From NCBI GenBank assembly GCA_013265495.1, contig MU058636.1, forward strand, positions 2,542,001 through 2,606,000: a stretch of 64,000 bases of DNA, read 5' to 3'. Numbering within the stretch: position 1 is the first letter of the stretch; each line of letters starts with the position of its first letter. A program made the translations under genes and the position numbers. Below, one piece after another: positions 25,660 through 39,650 of the stretch. Under the pieces are notes generated by a model. The model did not search any database. It saw only the letters and a program-made list of their open reading frames with translations, and was not told where the DNA came from. The DNA comes from Vicugna vicugna (taxonomy: Eukaryota).

Positions 25660-27767
25660 AGCCCTCTCTGTGCAGCTATGCCAGTGGCTTCTCAGTGCAG
25701 CCTTCACATTTACCCCAGTCTCCCCAGCCCACAATCCCCTGAGAATAGGACAGGGCAAATAGGAAGAGGGGCGATCCAGTAAGAACTTACTTGTTTGTGT
25801 GCCTCAATTGATTTTAAGAGTTTGTTTGAAATCACAAGGATTCTTTAGTTGGCTTTCAGAATTATTTCTCTAAGAATACTCCATTAGAGAAGGTGGGAAG
25901 AAAACCCATTTGGGGTTAAATCTCTATGTGTTTATGACTGTGGGTGATACCTGTTGTGTTCTGTCAGTAAAGATGAAAGAAAAGAGTGTGAAGCTCTTTG
26001 TAGACGCTCTTGTTTTATTAAAAATGCACAGATTAAGCATCCGAGGCATGCTTCTCACCTTTTTAAAGAATTTGTTATCTTGCCAGAGACAAAGTACCCA
26101 ACAAAATGACAGGCCTTGAAGTTCCTGAAATCATGAAGGTCGTTTTTGAATGATGGCCTGATAGATTTTGCCCCCTGAAACCTATCCAGTTTGAAAGAAC
26201 TGAGTAATTACTGAGATAAGACATTGCAGTTCTAACAACCTGGCAGACATAGGTTAGAAATGATCATTATTTCTTCATGGGAGCACCTGCTAAAAGCAAT
26301 GAGCAGTGACCCCCTAAAATTTAGGCACAAAAATTAAAAAAGAGAGGAAATAGGACTATGATAGAAAAGCCAAAGATTGATAGTAGGAGAGTAAGTAGAA
26401 AATGGTGAAAATTTTATCAGAGCAGCTGTGGAATGCTCTTTCACAGAAGTGTAATTTGCTGCGGCCTGAATTCCATCCATCTACTGTAGGAATCATGCAT
26501 CTTTTACAGTGTGATACGATAAAACTTTAAAGGCCTTATCTTTTGTTTCAATAATGTCAATTTAAGGAGAACTTTGTTATCCATTTCAACATTAAAACAG
26601 TATTAACTTAAGGGTTTATCTCTTCAACAGCCTGGATCAAAGCTCTGTAGCCCCTGTTAAAGAATATTGTTAAATGCCTGTGATTCCTGTGTGGATGGAG
26701 GCAGTACATTGACATATACAATGTATTGTGATTTACCACAGAGTTAATTACTGTGTGTATCTTTCCCTACATAGCCTCTGACGCTATGTTTTTTTTTTTA
26801 ACTTAAAGGAAATAAGATTATTTCGTTGTCTTTTTCATTTTTAACATTGAGAAACACTGATACTATGAACAGGCTTTGTGAGTACAGAACTGCATACGTG
26901 GAAGGTAGCCGTAATTGTATTCTAAGCCAAACTGTTAGCTACAGGAAACAGTAACATGTTATGTTGTTAAGTTTAGGAAAGTCTGAAACATGATTCCTGT
27001 ATTAAATAGATGTTTATTGATTTCAGCCCTGTGCTAGACACTGTTCTAGGCGCTGTGAGTTCAGCAGTCAGCAAGACTCTGCCCCCAAACTTCCATTCTA
27101 GTGAAACTTGCTCAAACATCCCTGGAACCACCACCTTCGTAGGGAAGACAATCGGAGGTAATTCCTAGTCTGTCGTTTTTAATTGTGTAAACAGAACGTA
27201 GAGGCCTGACAACGCATCTTTTCATTGACTTCTCTATTCTTCCTAATAACCTTTTCTCCCTCATTAACCATGCATATTTTAATTTCCCGAGTTGCCTAAT
27301 AAAGACTTAACATAAATGGATGAAGTCCATCAGCTTCTTGTAAGACTAGGTCGCCATGAAAAGTGTGCCTTTCCTCCTTAGGAATAATGAAACGTTCATA
27401 CTTCTGTGAACATTTGCTAAATTCTTGCCTTGCATCATTGACATTGCTTATTTATAGGCTGACTGCTTGCACAAATTCCAATGATTCTTTGTAGCGATCA
27501 AATTTAAAAGTCTTGTAGAGGGAGTTCTTTCTTCTCCCAGCGAAATGTAGATCTATAGAGCATTAGAACCAGCGTAGACCTCAGAGAGCACCCAGTTGTT
27601 GTCAACACAGAGATGAAGACACTGGGGCCCAGAGAAGGTAAGTGATTGTGAAGGAGCAGCTCGCTGGTGCCAGCGTGGTCCCTGTTGGTGCTTCGGTCTC
27701 TGGAGCATCTCACCACTCATCCTGTGCCATGCAGTTCTCTGACTGAGCTTCCGGTCCTTCATCACAG

Positions 27768-28008
27768 GTTACAGAACACCCTGGAAAAGAAGAATTTTGT
27801 TCTCCTCCCTATACTCACTACGAAGTTCCTCCAACCTTCTATCGATCGGCCATGCTCCTTAAGCCCCAGTTGGGATTGGGCGCCATGTCTCGTTTACCAT
27901 CTGCAAAGAGCAGGATCCTGATTGCGAGTCAGAGGTCTTCGGCGAGCGCCATCCATCCACCAGGACCCATAGCGACAGCTGCCAGCCTCTACAGTCCGGA
28001 TCCTGCAG
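27768..28008 (+). CDS. MTUS2: MTUS2 second coding exon (241 nt, phase 0 to 1)
   Basis: Acceptor ttcatcacAG|GTT; translates [80 protein letters not shown]; donor CAG|GTAACC. This frame is absent from the ORF track. Confidence 0.95.
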
Positions 28009-28237
28009 GTAACCGATGCAACAGTTAGCGCGCGTTCCTGCCGTGCTGTTAAATAGTGATCATGAAAAAGGGTGGTAGCTCTTCTGTTCTTCATCTGATC
28101 ATAGATACAGATGTTTGTCAAGATGTCTGTCTTCTGTCTGCAGCCGTCATCCTCCATTTCACCCTTAAAATGATGGCCCTTGTGACTGCCGCCTCACCTC
28201 TTGTAGTTTCCCCATTCTGTGTTGCATCCTGTGGACT

Positions 28238-28875
28238 AGGGTTCAGAGACTTTTTCTGGAAATGGCCAGATATTAAGTATTTTAGGCTTTCTGGGCCATA
28301 ATGCTCTGTGTTGTAACTATTTCGCATGAAAGTAGCCGTGGACAATATCTGAATGCCTGGGTGCGGCTGGGTGTCCATGAAGCTTAATTTACAGAAACAG
28401 ACACAGGTGTACCTTGGAACTACCGTGGGTTCAGTTCTGGACCACATGAGCTTTTTTTGGTTTCCTAGTGCTTATAAAAGTTATGTTCACCTGCTCGTGT
28501 AGTCTATTAAGTGTGCAATAGCGTTGGCTAAAAACGCAGCACATCCACCTTAATTTTAAAATACTTATCAAAAATGCTAACCTTCTGTAGGTCGTAGTAA
28601 TAACAACATCACAGATGACTGGTCACACATCACCGTAACAAATGGAGTCGTAACTTTAAAAGGTTGAAATTGTGTGAGAATTACCCAGATATGACCCAGA
28701 AACACCGAGTGAGGCAATGCTGGTGGAAAAAATCTCACCGACAGATCAGCTGGAGGCGGGGTTGCCACAGAACTTCCATTTGTGAAAAATGCCATGTCTA
28801 CGAAGTGCGGTGAAACGGGGGCTGTCCGCAGCGGGCTGGGTTTGGCCTGGGGGCTGTAGTTTGTCAGAGAGCTCT
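28238..28875. mobile_element. MER58-type hAT element interrupted by an internally deleted Tigger1 (about 28404-28828)
   Basis: MER58 motifs on both sides; insert starts caggtgtaccttggaactaccgtgggttcagttctggaccac and contains gggttgccacagaacttccatttgtgaaaaatgc. Confidence 0.75.
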
Positions 28876-29677
28876 TCCTGCCATATAGCAGTGACCCTGT
28901 CATGCTTTTATCAGCTCACAAATCTTGAACCCCTGATAACTTGCTTATAGAATGGCCCTGCCACCCATCCCAACCATGTCCCCCTGCTCTCAGTGGCTGC
29001 GTCGTCTCCTGATGTCCTCTGCACGTCCCTGTTGTCCTCTCTCCATCCATTCTTCTGCTCTTGTGTTTGTCTGTAGATTTTATGTATTATTTTATTATAG
29101 AAGTAATACAAGCCCATTGTAAAAAATTTGAATATAGAAAAATATGAAAAAGAAAGTAATTGTCCTTATATTTTTTAGCACCCAGCGAGGATTAATATTA
29201 TGGAAATTTTTCTTCCAGTGTGTTTCTTCCTATGCATTTTTTAATAGCTGAATTAATACTGAATGCGAATTTTGTTTTTTCCTACTAATATCATACTGTA
29301 GGCATTTACTATGCCATCCATGTTTCACAGAGATTTTAATGGCAGTGTAAGATTCTGTTTTGTTCACTTATTCATTTATTTAACAATTTCTGGGTACTTG
29401 TTCTGTGCCAGAAGTTGTAAATCGAGGACTGAGGACTGCAGTGACTTAGATGCTGTTGTTTCTGTGTCTGAGTGAAGGGAGTGAAACTTGCTAGGTTACA
29501 TAACTCACGCTTGTAAGCTGGGTGTCCAGAGAGCTGAACTCAAGACTCTTGTCTCTGGGTCCCCCGTGGCAGACTGCATACTTTGACTGCCTGTGTTAAA
29601 TCTCATGATACTGCAGTATCTTTAGTTTATAAAATAAGGAAAAGACCCACATTTGTAGGTTTTCTGTGCCTTAGAAC

Positions 29678-29880
29678 AGGGGTTGGCAAACCCTAGTCCA
29701 GAGGCTGGCCAACTGCTTCTGGGAATACATTTAATTGGAAGACAGCCACAGTCATTTTTCCCTTTCGTCCCTGGCTGCTTGCAGAGTTGTCATTGCAACA
29801 GAGACAAGATATTGCCCAGAAGCCTAAAATATTTACTGTCTCGCCCTTTAAGAAAAAGTTTGCTGTTTCTTGCCTTAGCA
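29678..29880. mobile_element. MER58-type hAT element
   Basis: caggggttggcaaac terminus; agcctaaaatatttactgtctcgccctttaagaaaaagtttgc. Confidence 0.8.
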
Positions 29881-30766
29881 TAATGCCAATTACCATTTAG
29901 AGTGGTACCATTCAGTCGGCAGAAGTATATGAAAAAGTATGTAAGATTTCGAAACTCTTTGGCCCAGGAAAGTCCAGGTCTGGGAGACAAGGTGGATTTT
30001 AATTTTATTGATGTGTTTTATCAAACTTAGTCTATTTTCCAAGGACATCCTTTGGATGGTTTTCTTTCCTGGAGAATTCAGCCTACCCTGCATGAGGCGC
30101 TAGGGGCCGTGGCGGAGTACTGGGGTTGTGGGCACTGAAGCTTCAGGGAGTCTGAAGTTCGTGCACCTCTGGGGAGTCACAGAAGCAAAGATGTGTAGAC
30201 ACCAGATACCAGCTGAGCTACCGAATCCTTTGGCTGAGATGCTCAGCAGAGAATCTAATGAGGAACCATTAAAGGAGACTCTAGGACTGTTCTATCTCTT
30301 TTCAAGACCCCTAGTTTCCTTAAGATGACTTTAAGGCAGTGGAGTTAAGAAGTCTTGGCTATTTTCTTTTCTAAGAAGCCAGTCCCCAAACAATAGGAGA
30401 ATAATGTAGCATTTTAATGAATCTAGAAACATCTGTGTATCTAATTCCTACAAATTGATAAATGCAGAAAACACTTAAAGAGGATGCCTTCAGCTGCAGG
30501 CGGGGACAGGTCAGCCAAGCCCACAGAACAGGGGTCTCATGGTGGGGAATCCGTGCTTGGAGCAGTGGGGTCCGGTTCCGGGGAGGAGTTGAGTGTCGAG
30601 GGCCTGATTTTCCCACAGAACGGCAGGGGAGGCAGGGCTGAATGAGAAAACAGGCATCTTTACAGCAAGCAGTCTGTCGGGCTGGATGTCATGAGATTCT
30701 AGAATTCAAGGAGCCCTGCAGCTGCCTCATTTGTCTGGAGAGAAGCGGGTTAACAGAGGAGCCCTG

Positions 30767-30803
<37 letters not shown>

Positions 30804-30822
30804 ACACACACACACTCTCTCC

Positions 30823-30863
<41 letters not shown>

Positions 30864-30870
30864 TCTCACT
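30767..30870. repeat. Compound (CA)n-(CT)n microsatellite
   Basis: Direct reading. Confidence 0.92.
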
Positions 30871-30949
30871 CGCCTGTCCCGAGGTTCCTGGCTCTGGAGC
30901 AGAGAGAGATCCCTCTCTCTTTGAACCCACCTCTACCCATCCTGGCACG

Positions 30950-32330
30950 AAACACAGAGGGCCTTAAGGGCCCTGGTCAGGAGTTTGGATTTTAATCCAG
31001 GGTGATGGGGGAGCCCCTGGAAGTTTTAAACATGATCAGTTTATGTTTTACAAAGATCGTCTTGAGTCACCGGTGCGGTATAAGCTATACACGTGAAAGT
31101 GGGAGACCAGGTTGGAGCCGGCGCACTCGGACAGGAGAGAGACGCCGGTAGGTTAGCGGGAGGAAGGGCTGGGATGGTCGCGATATGTTTTAGAAATAGA
31201 GCCAGTAGGACTGGACATTGAGGTGGGGGATGGGGAAGACAGAGCCAATGAGGACTTCTAGAATTTTGACTTGAGCACCTGGATGGATGGTGATGCCATT
31301 TATTACGAGAGACAGTTTGACTAGCCAGGGAGTGGGGGAGAGCCGAGGCCCGGGAGGAGGTACAGAGGCTTCTGTTTTGGAAGTTCTGGGGGAGCTTATC
31401 ACAGAGGCAACTTGAGATGTGAGTCAGGGGCTGTAAGAGAGGTCAGGGCTGGAGATTGACATTTGAGGTTCGCCAGAGGAACCGAAGTCAAGAGACTCAA
31501 ATGCATATTTGAAAGTAGCCAGGAGAGTGGATCTTGAACATTCTCATCCCAAGAAAAAACATGTGACTGTGCATGGTGACGGATGTGGACAGTAGTGATC
31601 ATTTTGCAAAGTCTACGTTATACACATGAAACTAATATACAGGCATATCTGGTTTTATAGCACTTGGCTTTATTACACTTCACAGATGCAGCATTTTTCA
31701 CAAATTGAAGGTTTGTGGCAATTACATCGAGCAAGTCTATCAGATTCGTTTTTCCAACAGCATTATTTTTTAATTAAGGTACATACATTGTTTTTTTTTT
31801 AAGACGTAATTCTTTTGCACACTAAGAGACTACAGTGTAGTGTAAACACAACTTTTGTGTGCACTTGGAAACCAAAAAAAAACCGTGTGTGACTCGCTTT
31901 ATTTTGACATTCAATTTTATTGCGGTGGCTGAACCCGCAGTATCTCTGAGATGTGCTTGTCATGTATGTCAATTACACATCAATAAAAAAAGAAAAGAAA
32001 AGTCACGGGGGCGTAGCTAGGGAGCACACGACATCCCAGGATGGGCGCCGACTTGCCGGCACTTCGAACTCTAGCAAGGAAGACTGGGAGGCAGCAGCCG
32101 GTGTGGCTGTGGCCGGTGGGGATCCGGCAGAGCAAGGTGTCCTGCGAGCCAGGAGCGCCTGGTAATTCTGTATCCCATGGAGGAACGGGGTAATTTGAGG
32201 CCAGAGAGGGATCAGTGAATTTGACAGCAGGGCAGCCTCTGATTATCTTTTACAAGAGCAATTTGAATGGAGTAGTGGGGACAGACGGCTGATTCGCCAG
32301 ATAGACAAAAGGAAGTTGGCACACCAGTGT
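30950..32330 (-). mobile_element. L2, interrupted by an L1MA-like tail and a Tigger1 derivative
   Basis: ggagtttggattttaatcc...tttgacttgagcacctggatggatggtgatgccattt motifs. Confidence 0.65.
31640..31959 (+). mobile_element. Short internally deleted Tigger1 derivative
   Basis: Termini CAGGCATATCTGG and CTGAGATGTGCTTG; cacaaattgaaggtttgtggcaa and gtgtgactcgctttatt motifs. Confidence 0.85.
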
Positions 32331-32364
32331 AGCCAGCTTCGCTGAAGGAGGTCTTCAAAAGCTT

Positions 32365-32596
32365 GAGATGTGCAGATACTAACTACTGTATATAAGATAG
32401 ACAAAGAACAAGTTTCTACTGTGCAGCACAGGGAACTATGTCCAATATCTTATAGTCACCTATAGTGAAAAAGAATATGAAAACGAATATGTGTATGGAC
32501 ATGTGTGACTGAACTATTATGCTGTACACCAGAAATTGACACATTATCAACTGACTCTACTTCAATTAAAAAAAAATCTTTGGGGGAAAAAAAAAG
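32365..32596 (+). mobile_element. Short L1 3' UTR fragment
   Basis: gcacagggaactatgtccaatatctt...gctgtacaccagaaattgacac...A tail; TSD-like aaaagcttgag / aaaagctcaag. Confidence 0.85.
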
Positions 32597-35036
32597 CTCA
32601 AGGATGACATGGGTGCAGATTTAGGAGGAATTTGTCTGCATATCCCCTTCTCTTTGCTTCGCACATTCTCACTGCCGTGGACTCTCCAGACTCTGATGTG
32701 TCTGTCTCTCCCTGTGATGGACCAACTCCTCCTTCCTGTGCTGTTCCAGGGAAAGTGCCTCCAGGGAGTCAGATGGGCAGTGACAAGGCTCACTACATTC
32801 GTTTTCCTTCTCCAAAGGATCGCAGTCCCGTGCTGGCTCTTGTACAATTTCTGAAAACATTAGTTCCATCTATTTTGTTTTATTTTCTGATTGGCAATTA
32901 GAAACTGGCAAGTTTCGTATGGATTAGACCTTTATGGGTGGAACTTCCTTTACATTTTGATTAGAGATCGTTAACATCAGACAGTGTTTGTTGTGTCCAA
33001 CACAAAACTTTCCCTTTTGTGTTTGCTTTTTTAGGTTCAGACAATTTATGTAGTGGTTGTTTGGGAGTTTTGTTTGTTTGTTATTTTAAGAACACTTTTT
33101 GAATGTTTCTGTATATGGTTGTATTTTGTGTTTAATTTGTGTGTGATTCGTGTTTAATTGTGTGCCTGGTCTCACGTATTCAGCAGGTCAGGATTCTCTG
33201 TCTCTCTGACCTTGGTTACTCTTGTTTCTTTATCTCACACGGTTACCTGAGGCTCTGAGCAGCATCTCTTTGGCAAGTGAGAACGGGAGGTAGGAGCAGC
33301 CCTCAGTACTGCACCCTGTAACTCAGCATTCACATTTCCACCCTCGAGTGATTTCTCTCATCCTGAATCCTAAGACCTGGTTTGACGTGTGAACTGCATA
33401 CACTACTGTATATTTTTTTTTTCAGTTCTTTGGTAGGAAAACTCTTAGGTCTCCTTTAGGCAAATAAGCCTGTGACTTAAACCTTGGGAAGAATTCCTGT
33501 TGTTTCCACTCCTGTGTTGGCTCCGTGAGCACCATTAGGTACATCCTGGCTTGAAAGTGGCCTAAAAGAACCAGAGATGCAATGAACATGTACTTTTGCA
33601 TAAAGCAGATTCTCCCACAATTTCTATGTTATAACTGAATGCTCTTTCCCAAGACCCTCACGGTCTTAACAGATCTTAATGTGACTGCTGAAAAATAAAT
33701 AACCCAAGCACTTCTTTACTTCCCACATCATTTCTGTGTCCTTGTGTACAGTGTTCTCTGACTCCACAGTCAAGCATAAACCTGTGACGCTTTACTGTCA
33801 TCGGGTCTGGGTATGAAACTCAAAATGCTATTTAAGTGCTCCAGTACAACAGCAGGGGCTGTCGCCTCCCTGCAGGTGGACATAAAATCTGCATTAGCGA
33901 AATCTAAGATTGTGTATCAGAACAATTTGTTATTAAATCCCTTACCTCTAAAGAGTAAAAAGGCAGTACTTTTTAGTGTATAGATTTATATGTGTTTTAT
34001 ATTCCTTTTTCTGAAAAACATCTCTCATGGCCTAATACATTACATAAAAATGCTGATTTCTATAGCATACTGTATGTCAGGATGTAATTGGCATTCCTGG
34101 AAATAAATATGCCCTGTGTACCTGAAAGCATGACGTTTCTGTGTTGGCCAGCGCTCCTGAAAGAACTGTGACACGTTTTTGTAGAAGTTAATGTGTCAGA
34201 ATAGAAGCTTTTTTAAAGATTATATGAGAATACTTTATTCTATAAATAACTGGAGAAGTTCAATCAGATAAGAGAGTTTGGGACAGTTTTTCTCAATTTA
34301 TATTCAGTTCTGTTATGAACTCTGCATATTAAAATAAATTTTATTTTAGAGTTCAACATACTGTGTAAACTTTCCTCTTTGGTAATTTTATTCAAAAGGT
34401 AGGTTGAATCCTACCAAATTTGAAACTGTAGACTGTTAAGTTCGTGTAACATATATTGAGGAACAAGTAAACTCAGCTGGAACAACTTAAAACCCTAGCA
34501 CAGGGGTTATTGTTGAAAAGTCTGAGTGGTCATGATAATGTCAGAAATTTAGCAACTTGTACGCTTATGCTCAGTATGTACAAAGTAAGAATTCTAGGGT
34601 GACAGTATTATTTTTCCATTATGATTTTTGCCTTTTCAGTGCCTACCTACACTTGTAACAGTTCTGAATCTTCAGATTTGTATTAGAAAAATTAGTTTCA
34701 ATTTTTAATGAATTTAGTGTCTGTGAAGGAGGTTAGTGTGAAATCCTTTGGGTCCCCTCAGGTAGCAGTAGGACCTTCACTTCCTGCCATCCGAGCAAAG
34801 CTCAGTGGTAGAAAGAGGGAGAAGCACGAATTCACTCCGTGAACTTGACCGAGCGCTGGCTCCGTGCAGACAGAGCGCTGGGGTATGCTGAGGGGAGGTG
34901 TTAGAGGAGACATTGGTCATTGATTTAAAACATTCCTGTTGATCCCCATTAATTACGTGTTTAGGGAAGTCATTCTTTGCATTAAAGTAACACCGAGGGT
35001 CACTCTAAATTTTAGATCGATATGCCAATTGCTTTT

Positions 35037-35221
35037 TTTTAATTGAAGTTCTGTCAGCTACTGTGTATCAATTTCTAGTGTACAGCACAGTGTCCCAGTC
35101 ATGCATATACACACATATGTTCATTTTCACACTTTTTTGTTAAAGGTTATTACAAGATATTGAACACAGTTCCCTGTACTATACAGAAGAAACTTTTTAA
35201 AATCTATTTTTATATATAGTG
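35037..35221 (-). mobile_element. Short L1 3' UTR fragment
   Basis: TSD gccaattgctttt (35024) / gccaattgttttt (35222); same family as the L1 at 50500. Confidence 0.85.
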
Positions 35222-36199
35222 GCCAATTGTTTTTGAAGGATAGAAAGATGACAGTTCATTAAAATCAGGATGTATCTTCATAAAAGCAACAGAAGTCATA
35301 GATACTAGTCGACATTACTGAAATGAAGACATCTTCACCGATATGCAAGGAACATGTCGGTTTCCCCTCCCTAAAAAGTCATAAAATTAATGTACATCCA
35401 TATTTACTAAATAATTAGCCTCTGTTTTGTAAACCGTAGAAATCAGACTCTCAGATGGTTATATCAGAACAAGAATGCTTCTGAGTTCTTTTCATCTGTA
35501 TTTTGATCTAGGATGGTACAGTGCGCTGTGAAAGGCTTCCTTTAGTTCACTATTTGTGAACTCAACATATGTTAATAGAACGGAATGGTTTTTCACGTGT
35601 CTAAAAAAAAGGTTGAGGGAAGGTCTTGTTAGAGGAGGAAGAGTGTCCTGGGCAGTGCATCCTGTACTGGGAAGTAGAGGCTTGGCATGGGAGCTGCGTC
35701 TGGAAGAGTTCACGGGATGGACGAAGCAGGACCACGAGGTCCACGCAGGAAGGACGTGGCAGAGGCATGGAAGTTGGTGGCTTCTTTAGGAAAGAGGTGT
35801 TAGTTTGGTCTCTGTCCCTGGAAACAGAGCCGGATGAGTAGGTTGGTGCCAGATTGTGAGGGGCTGTCACTGCCACGGCTAAGACTGGAGGTGCTTTGTC
35901 TTTGTTCTTGTGTTTTGGGAGGGAATCGGAAACCTTTAGATTTTTAAATGTAACACAGGTCTTTTATACTTTGAAGAGACCGTGAGGAGTGACAGCATGG
36001 ATCACGTCAAGGTTTGGAGGCCAGGAAGGCTAGTGAGGAAACTACTGTCATAAGAAAATAATGGTTTTTACACCTTTTCGTATCTTCCAGATGTTTACAG
36101 TGGCGCATTTTGCCTTTGCGGTCATGACAATTTTTAAGTTAATTTTAAGTTTTTATGGTTGATTTTTAACTGTAGAATTCAAGTGAGCAGGTGGGGAGG

Positions 36200-36870
36200 C
36201 TGTGTGATCTCCTGTTCAGTCCTTGTGCTCTGAGTCAGACCCAGGTTCTCACCCCAGATTCTTGATTTGTCAGTTACTCAATCCACACGTCTCTGCTGCC
36301 CAGTTTCTTCGTGTCTAAAATGAGAATAATAGTAGAATCTAAAGCAATAGGTGGTTGGGAGGATTGAATGGAAGCTCTTAAGCCCAGCCTTCAGGATGTA
36401 ATCGATAAATCCAAACACCCCACCTGCCCTCCAAGGCCAGATCTCTTCCTGCCCCTCCCTCAAGCCTCCCTGTCTCTCCTTTCATCCACATCAGCCCCAG
36501 TGGCTCCATTCAGTTTGTAGACATTGCAGCCCCTTTCTGACCTCAGGGCCTTTGCATGCACCCTGCCTTGTAGAACATACTTTCGCAGGGATCCAAGCGT
36601 AACCTACTGAATCATCCGTACTTCAAAACCTTGTGAATGTCACCGCCCCAGAAAGGTGGCCTTGATCACCCTCTCCACAGTGACCCCTGCCCAATCAGAT
36701 GCTTCCTCACACATTTTAATGTTTGTCTCCTTCACCATTTTTTAAAAATCATGGTCAGTAATTTGCTTATTTTGCTTTTATGTATTTACTGTCTCTCTCT
36801 CTTTTCTCTCACGTATGGTCTATGAGGACAGAAAGATTTACAACATCAGTGTCTATTGAATAAATGTTCA
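36200..36870 (+). mobile_element. MIR followed by L2 3' fragment
   Basis: ccagtttcttcgtgtctaaaatgagaataatagta; cctcagggcctttgcatg; ttgaataaatg end. Confidence 0.6.
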
Positions 36871-36946
36871 TAGCAGTAACAGTAGTGGTAAGTGGTTTTT
36901 TTTTTATCATCAGGGAAAGTTGGTAAGGTCCTGAGATGATTTGGAG

Positions 36947-37162
36947 CAGAAGTGGTGGGCAAATTAAGGCCACATAGTAAATATTTTAAGCTTTGTGGGC
37001 CAAATAGTCTCTGTTACAACTACTCAACCCTGCCGTTGTAATGCAGAAGCCGCTACGGCCAATACGGAAGTGAATGAGCGTGGCTCTGTTCCAGAGAAAC
37101 TCTTTTTACAGAAACAAATGGCTAGCCTGTGGGCTGCAGCTTGCTGACCAAGTTGCTGTTCT
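36947..37162. mobile_element. MER58A-like element
   Basis: atagtaaatattttaagctttgtgggccaaatagtctctgttacaactactcaac. Confidence 0.8.
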
Positions 37163-37214
37163 AGGGCATCACTCATCTCTGAGATGTGCACATCTGTTCC
37201 TCTGTTCAGTATGT

Positions 37215-38170
37215 TACTCATTCAGGTACTCAACAGAGAATTTCTGAGGACCTAGTGTGGGCCAGGTGCTGGTCTGTGTGTTCAGGATGCACAGACTGAA
37301 TATGCAGCCCGTGACTTTGTAGGGGAGAGAAATAAGTCAGTCATGACACTGAGAAGAGAGAATACATGATTAGAGATGTGCAGAAGGCACGAGAGGAGGC
37401 CCCCCAGCTCAGCACAGGCAGACCAGGGCTCTGGAAAGATATTCAAAATGGGGTGAGTTGAGCTGAGTTTTGCAGGATAAATAGGAGTTTGCCAGGGTGA
37501 GAAGGGGTAAAAGTAGCAGATATACCCTCAGAGAGAGAGGCCATCAGCTTGGGTGATTCAACCCTTACAGGGACCGTTGCTCAGCAGGGCGCCCTGGAGG
37601 ATGTTTTACAGGATCGGAGGTGCTGGTGGACAATTAGTTTTTGGACACATGCAGAGTTTGAGGTTCCTTGGGGACATTCAGGTAGAAATTTCCAAAGGGA
37701 GAGATGTCTGAGCCAAGGAGAAATGTGGGAGTTGTTCCCCCCAGATGTGAGTTGAAGCCGTGTGAATGGACCAGCAGGTTCAGGGATGGAGGGGGCGGGC
37801 AGAGTAAGGAAGAGGTCAAGAAAAAGCTTTGCACCCACATTTAAGGAGTAACTGGCGAATGAACCCTGCAAGAGGCAGAACACTACAGGGTGGGTGGGTG
37901 GGGGCCCCGGGAAAATGTAGCGTTTGAGTCTAAGGAAGAGGGAGCTTCCATGGCAGAAAATGGTCAGAACAGACTCAGAGAAGAAAGGACGAGGCAAAAT
38001 GCAAAGAGGCTGTTGGGACTGGAAATTAGGAAGCAGTTGGTGACCTAGTTTTGAATGAGCAGTTTTAGTAAAATGTGGGGGTGGAAGTCACATATTAGTA
38101 GGTTGGGAAGTGAATGAAAAGTGAGGAAGTGGAAGCAATGAGAATAGACTGCTGTTTCTAAAAATGCGCT
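37215..38170 (-). mobile_element. L2 fragments
   Basis: ctcattcaggtactcaacagag...gccaggtgctg; ttttggacacatgcagagtttgaggttcc. Confidence 0.6.
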
Positions 38171-39004
38171 GATGGGGAAAAGCGCCCTGGGTGCTGGCTC
38201 CTGGGGAAGCGGGGCTGTGTTTTGTTTTGCTTTGCTTTCCAGAGTGTGTGGGAGAAGTTGGAACTGGTTTGAAATGTGCGAGGGCGGGAGTGGCCTGTGC
38301 AGAGAAGCTGGCGGGTGCGGTGGTCGGAACTGTTGGAACAAGATGCCCAGGAGCGGGGCAGACAGTGAGCTCGACATCCCATGTGGAGGGCACACCTTGG
38401 AACAGAGGTGGAGTGTTGCTTCTTCTGAGACGGAGGAGGAGAGGAACAGATGAAACGCAGTGGGCAAAGTGTTGATTCTGATGTTTGTTGGCATCACCTA
38501 AGTGCCGTGTCACTGTTGTCATCGTGGTTTTAGTTAATTTCATGAAAACTGTAACATCTACCAAGAAAGACTCAAATCAGATATGAGAACATCCCTATTG
38601 AACAAACCGATGGATCCCTGAGATGGCGAAAGAGAACAGGCCCAAACCCCCGTTCCCATGGAGTCTGAGTGACCCTGGATGACCTTGGGACTTATCCTGG
38701 AGGCTGCAGAGGAAACATTCAGTTTGTTCTGGTGTTTGTATCAGTGTATCTCTCACTGTTACCCATTTCTACCGACTGTTGAAGTGGATGTTGACAGTGA
38801 CTGTGCTCTTATTGCGCATTCAGCCAGCAAAGCCATCCCATCTTTGTCTTACTTTCATGGCAGCTGAGCACGCCTAATAATGCCCTGCAGAAATGTATTA
38901 AAAATGCAAGCTTCCTCAGCCCAGACCCGGAGCGTCAGTTTCCAGTGACTCGGGGGTGGATCACAGGCAGGACAACTATCCTGTGTATCTGGATAAACTC
39001 TGTT

Positions 39005-39650
39005 AGTATATTTAATAAACACTGAGCACCTACTATGTGTCAAGTTGTTTTAGGTCCTGGGGAGACAGTCATGAAGAAGACAGAAGAGATCCCACAGGCA
39101 GTTATGACTGAATGCTGTGATAGCGAAGTCTTCTGGGCTCAGGGGGACACAGGAGGGGGACCTGACCGCGAGTTGGGGTCCAGTAAAGTTGCTCAGGTGA
39201 AGTATGGTATGCAAGAGCAAAGGGTTTTTGAGGTGTGGGATGGGGGAGGAGGAAGTGGTGGTAATGGAAGAGAAGGTATGCCAGGCAGAAGCAATGGCAC
39301 GTGTGAAGACTGGTATCACAGGAAGGATGAGAAAAAAGACAGGAGGTTGTGAAGACACGGCAAGCTGTGTTACGGAACTGGCCTTCCATCCTAAGAGCAA
39401 GATGGCGCCATTACAGGGAATTAAGCAAGGGATTGATACGATCATATTTCATTAAAAAATATCAGTTAGATTGAAGTTTGGAGAATGGATGGAGGGACAG
39501 GAGTGGGGTGGGGTAACAAGGAGGGAGACAGCAATCCCTTAGGAGGCTGACACAATCCATAAATGATGGCCGACATGGTGGTGGGAGAGATGGGGAGAAG
39601 CAGATGGGTTTTAGGAGGTGGATTTGACCAACCGCAGATGCTGTGAGTCA
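39005..39650 (-). mobile_element. L2 fragment
   Basis: ctgagcacctactatgtgtcaag...cctggggagacag. Confidence 0.6.
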
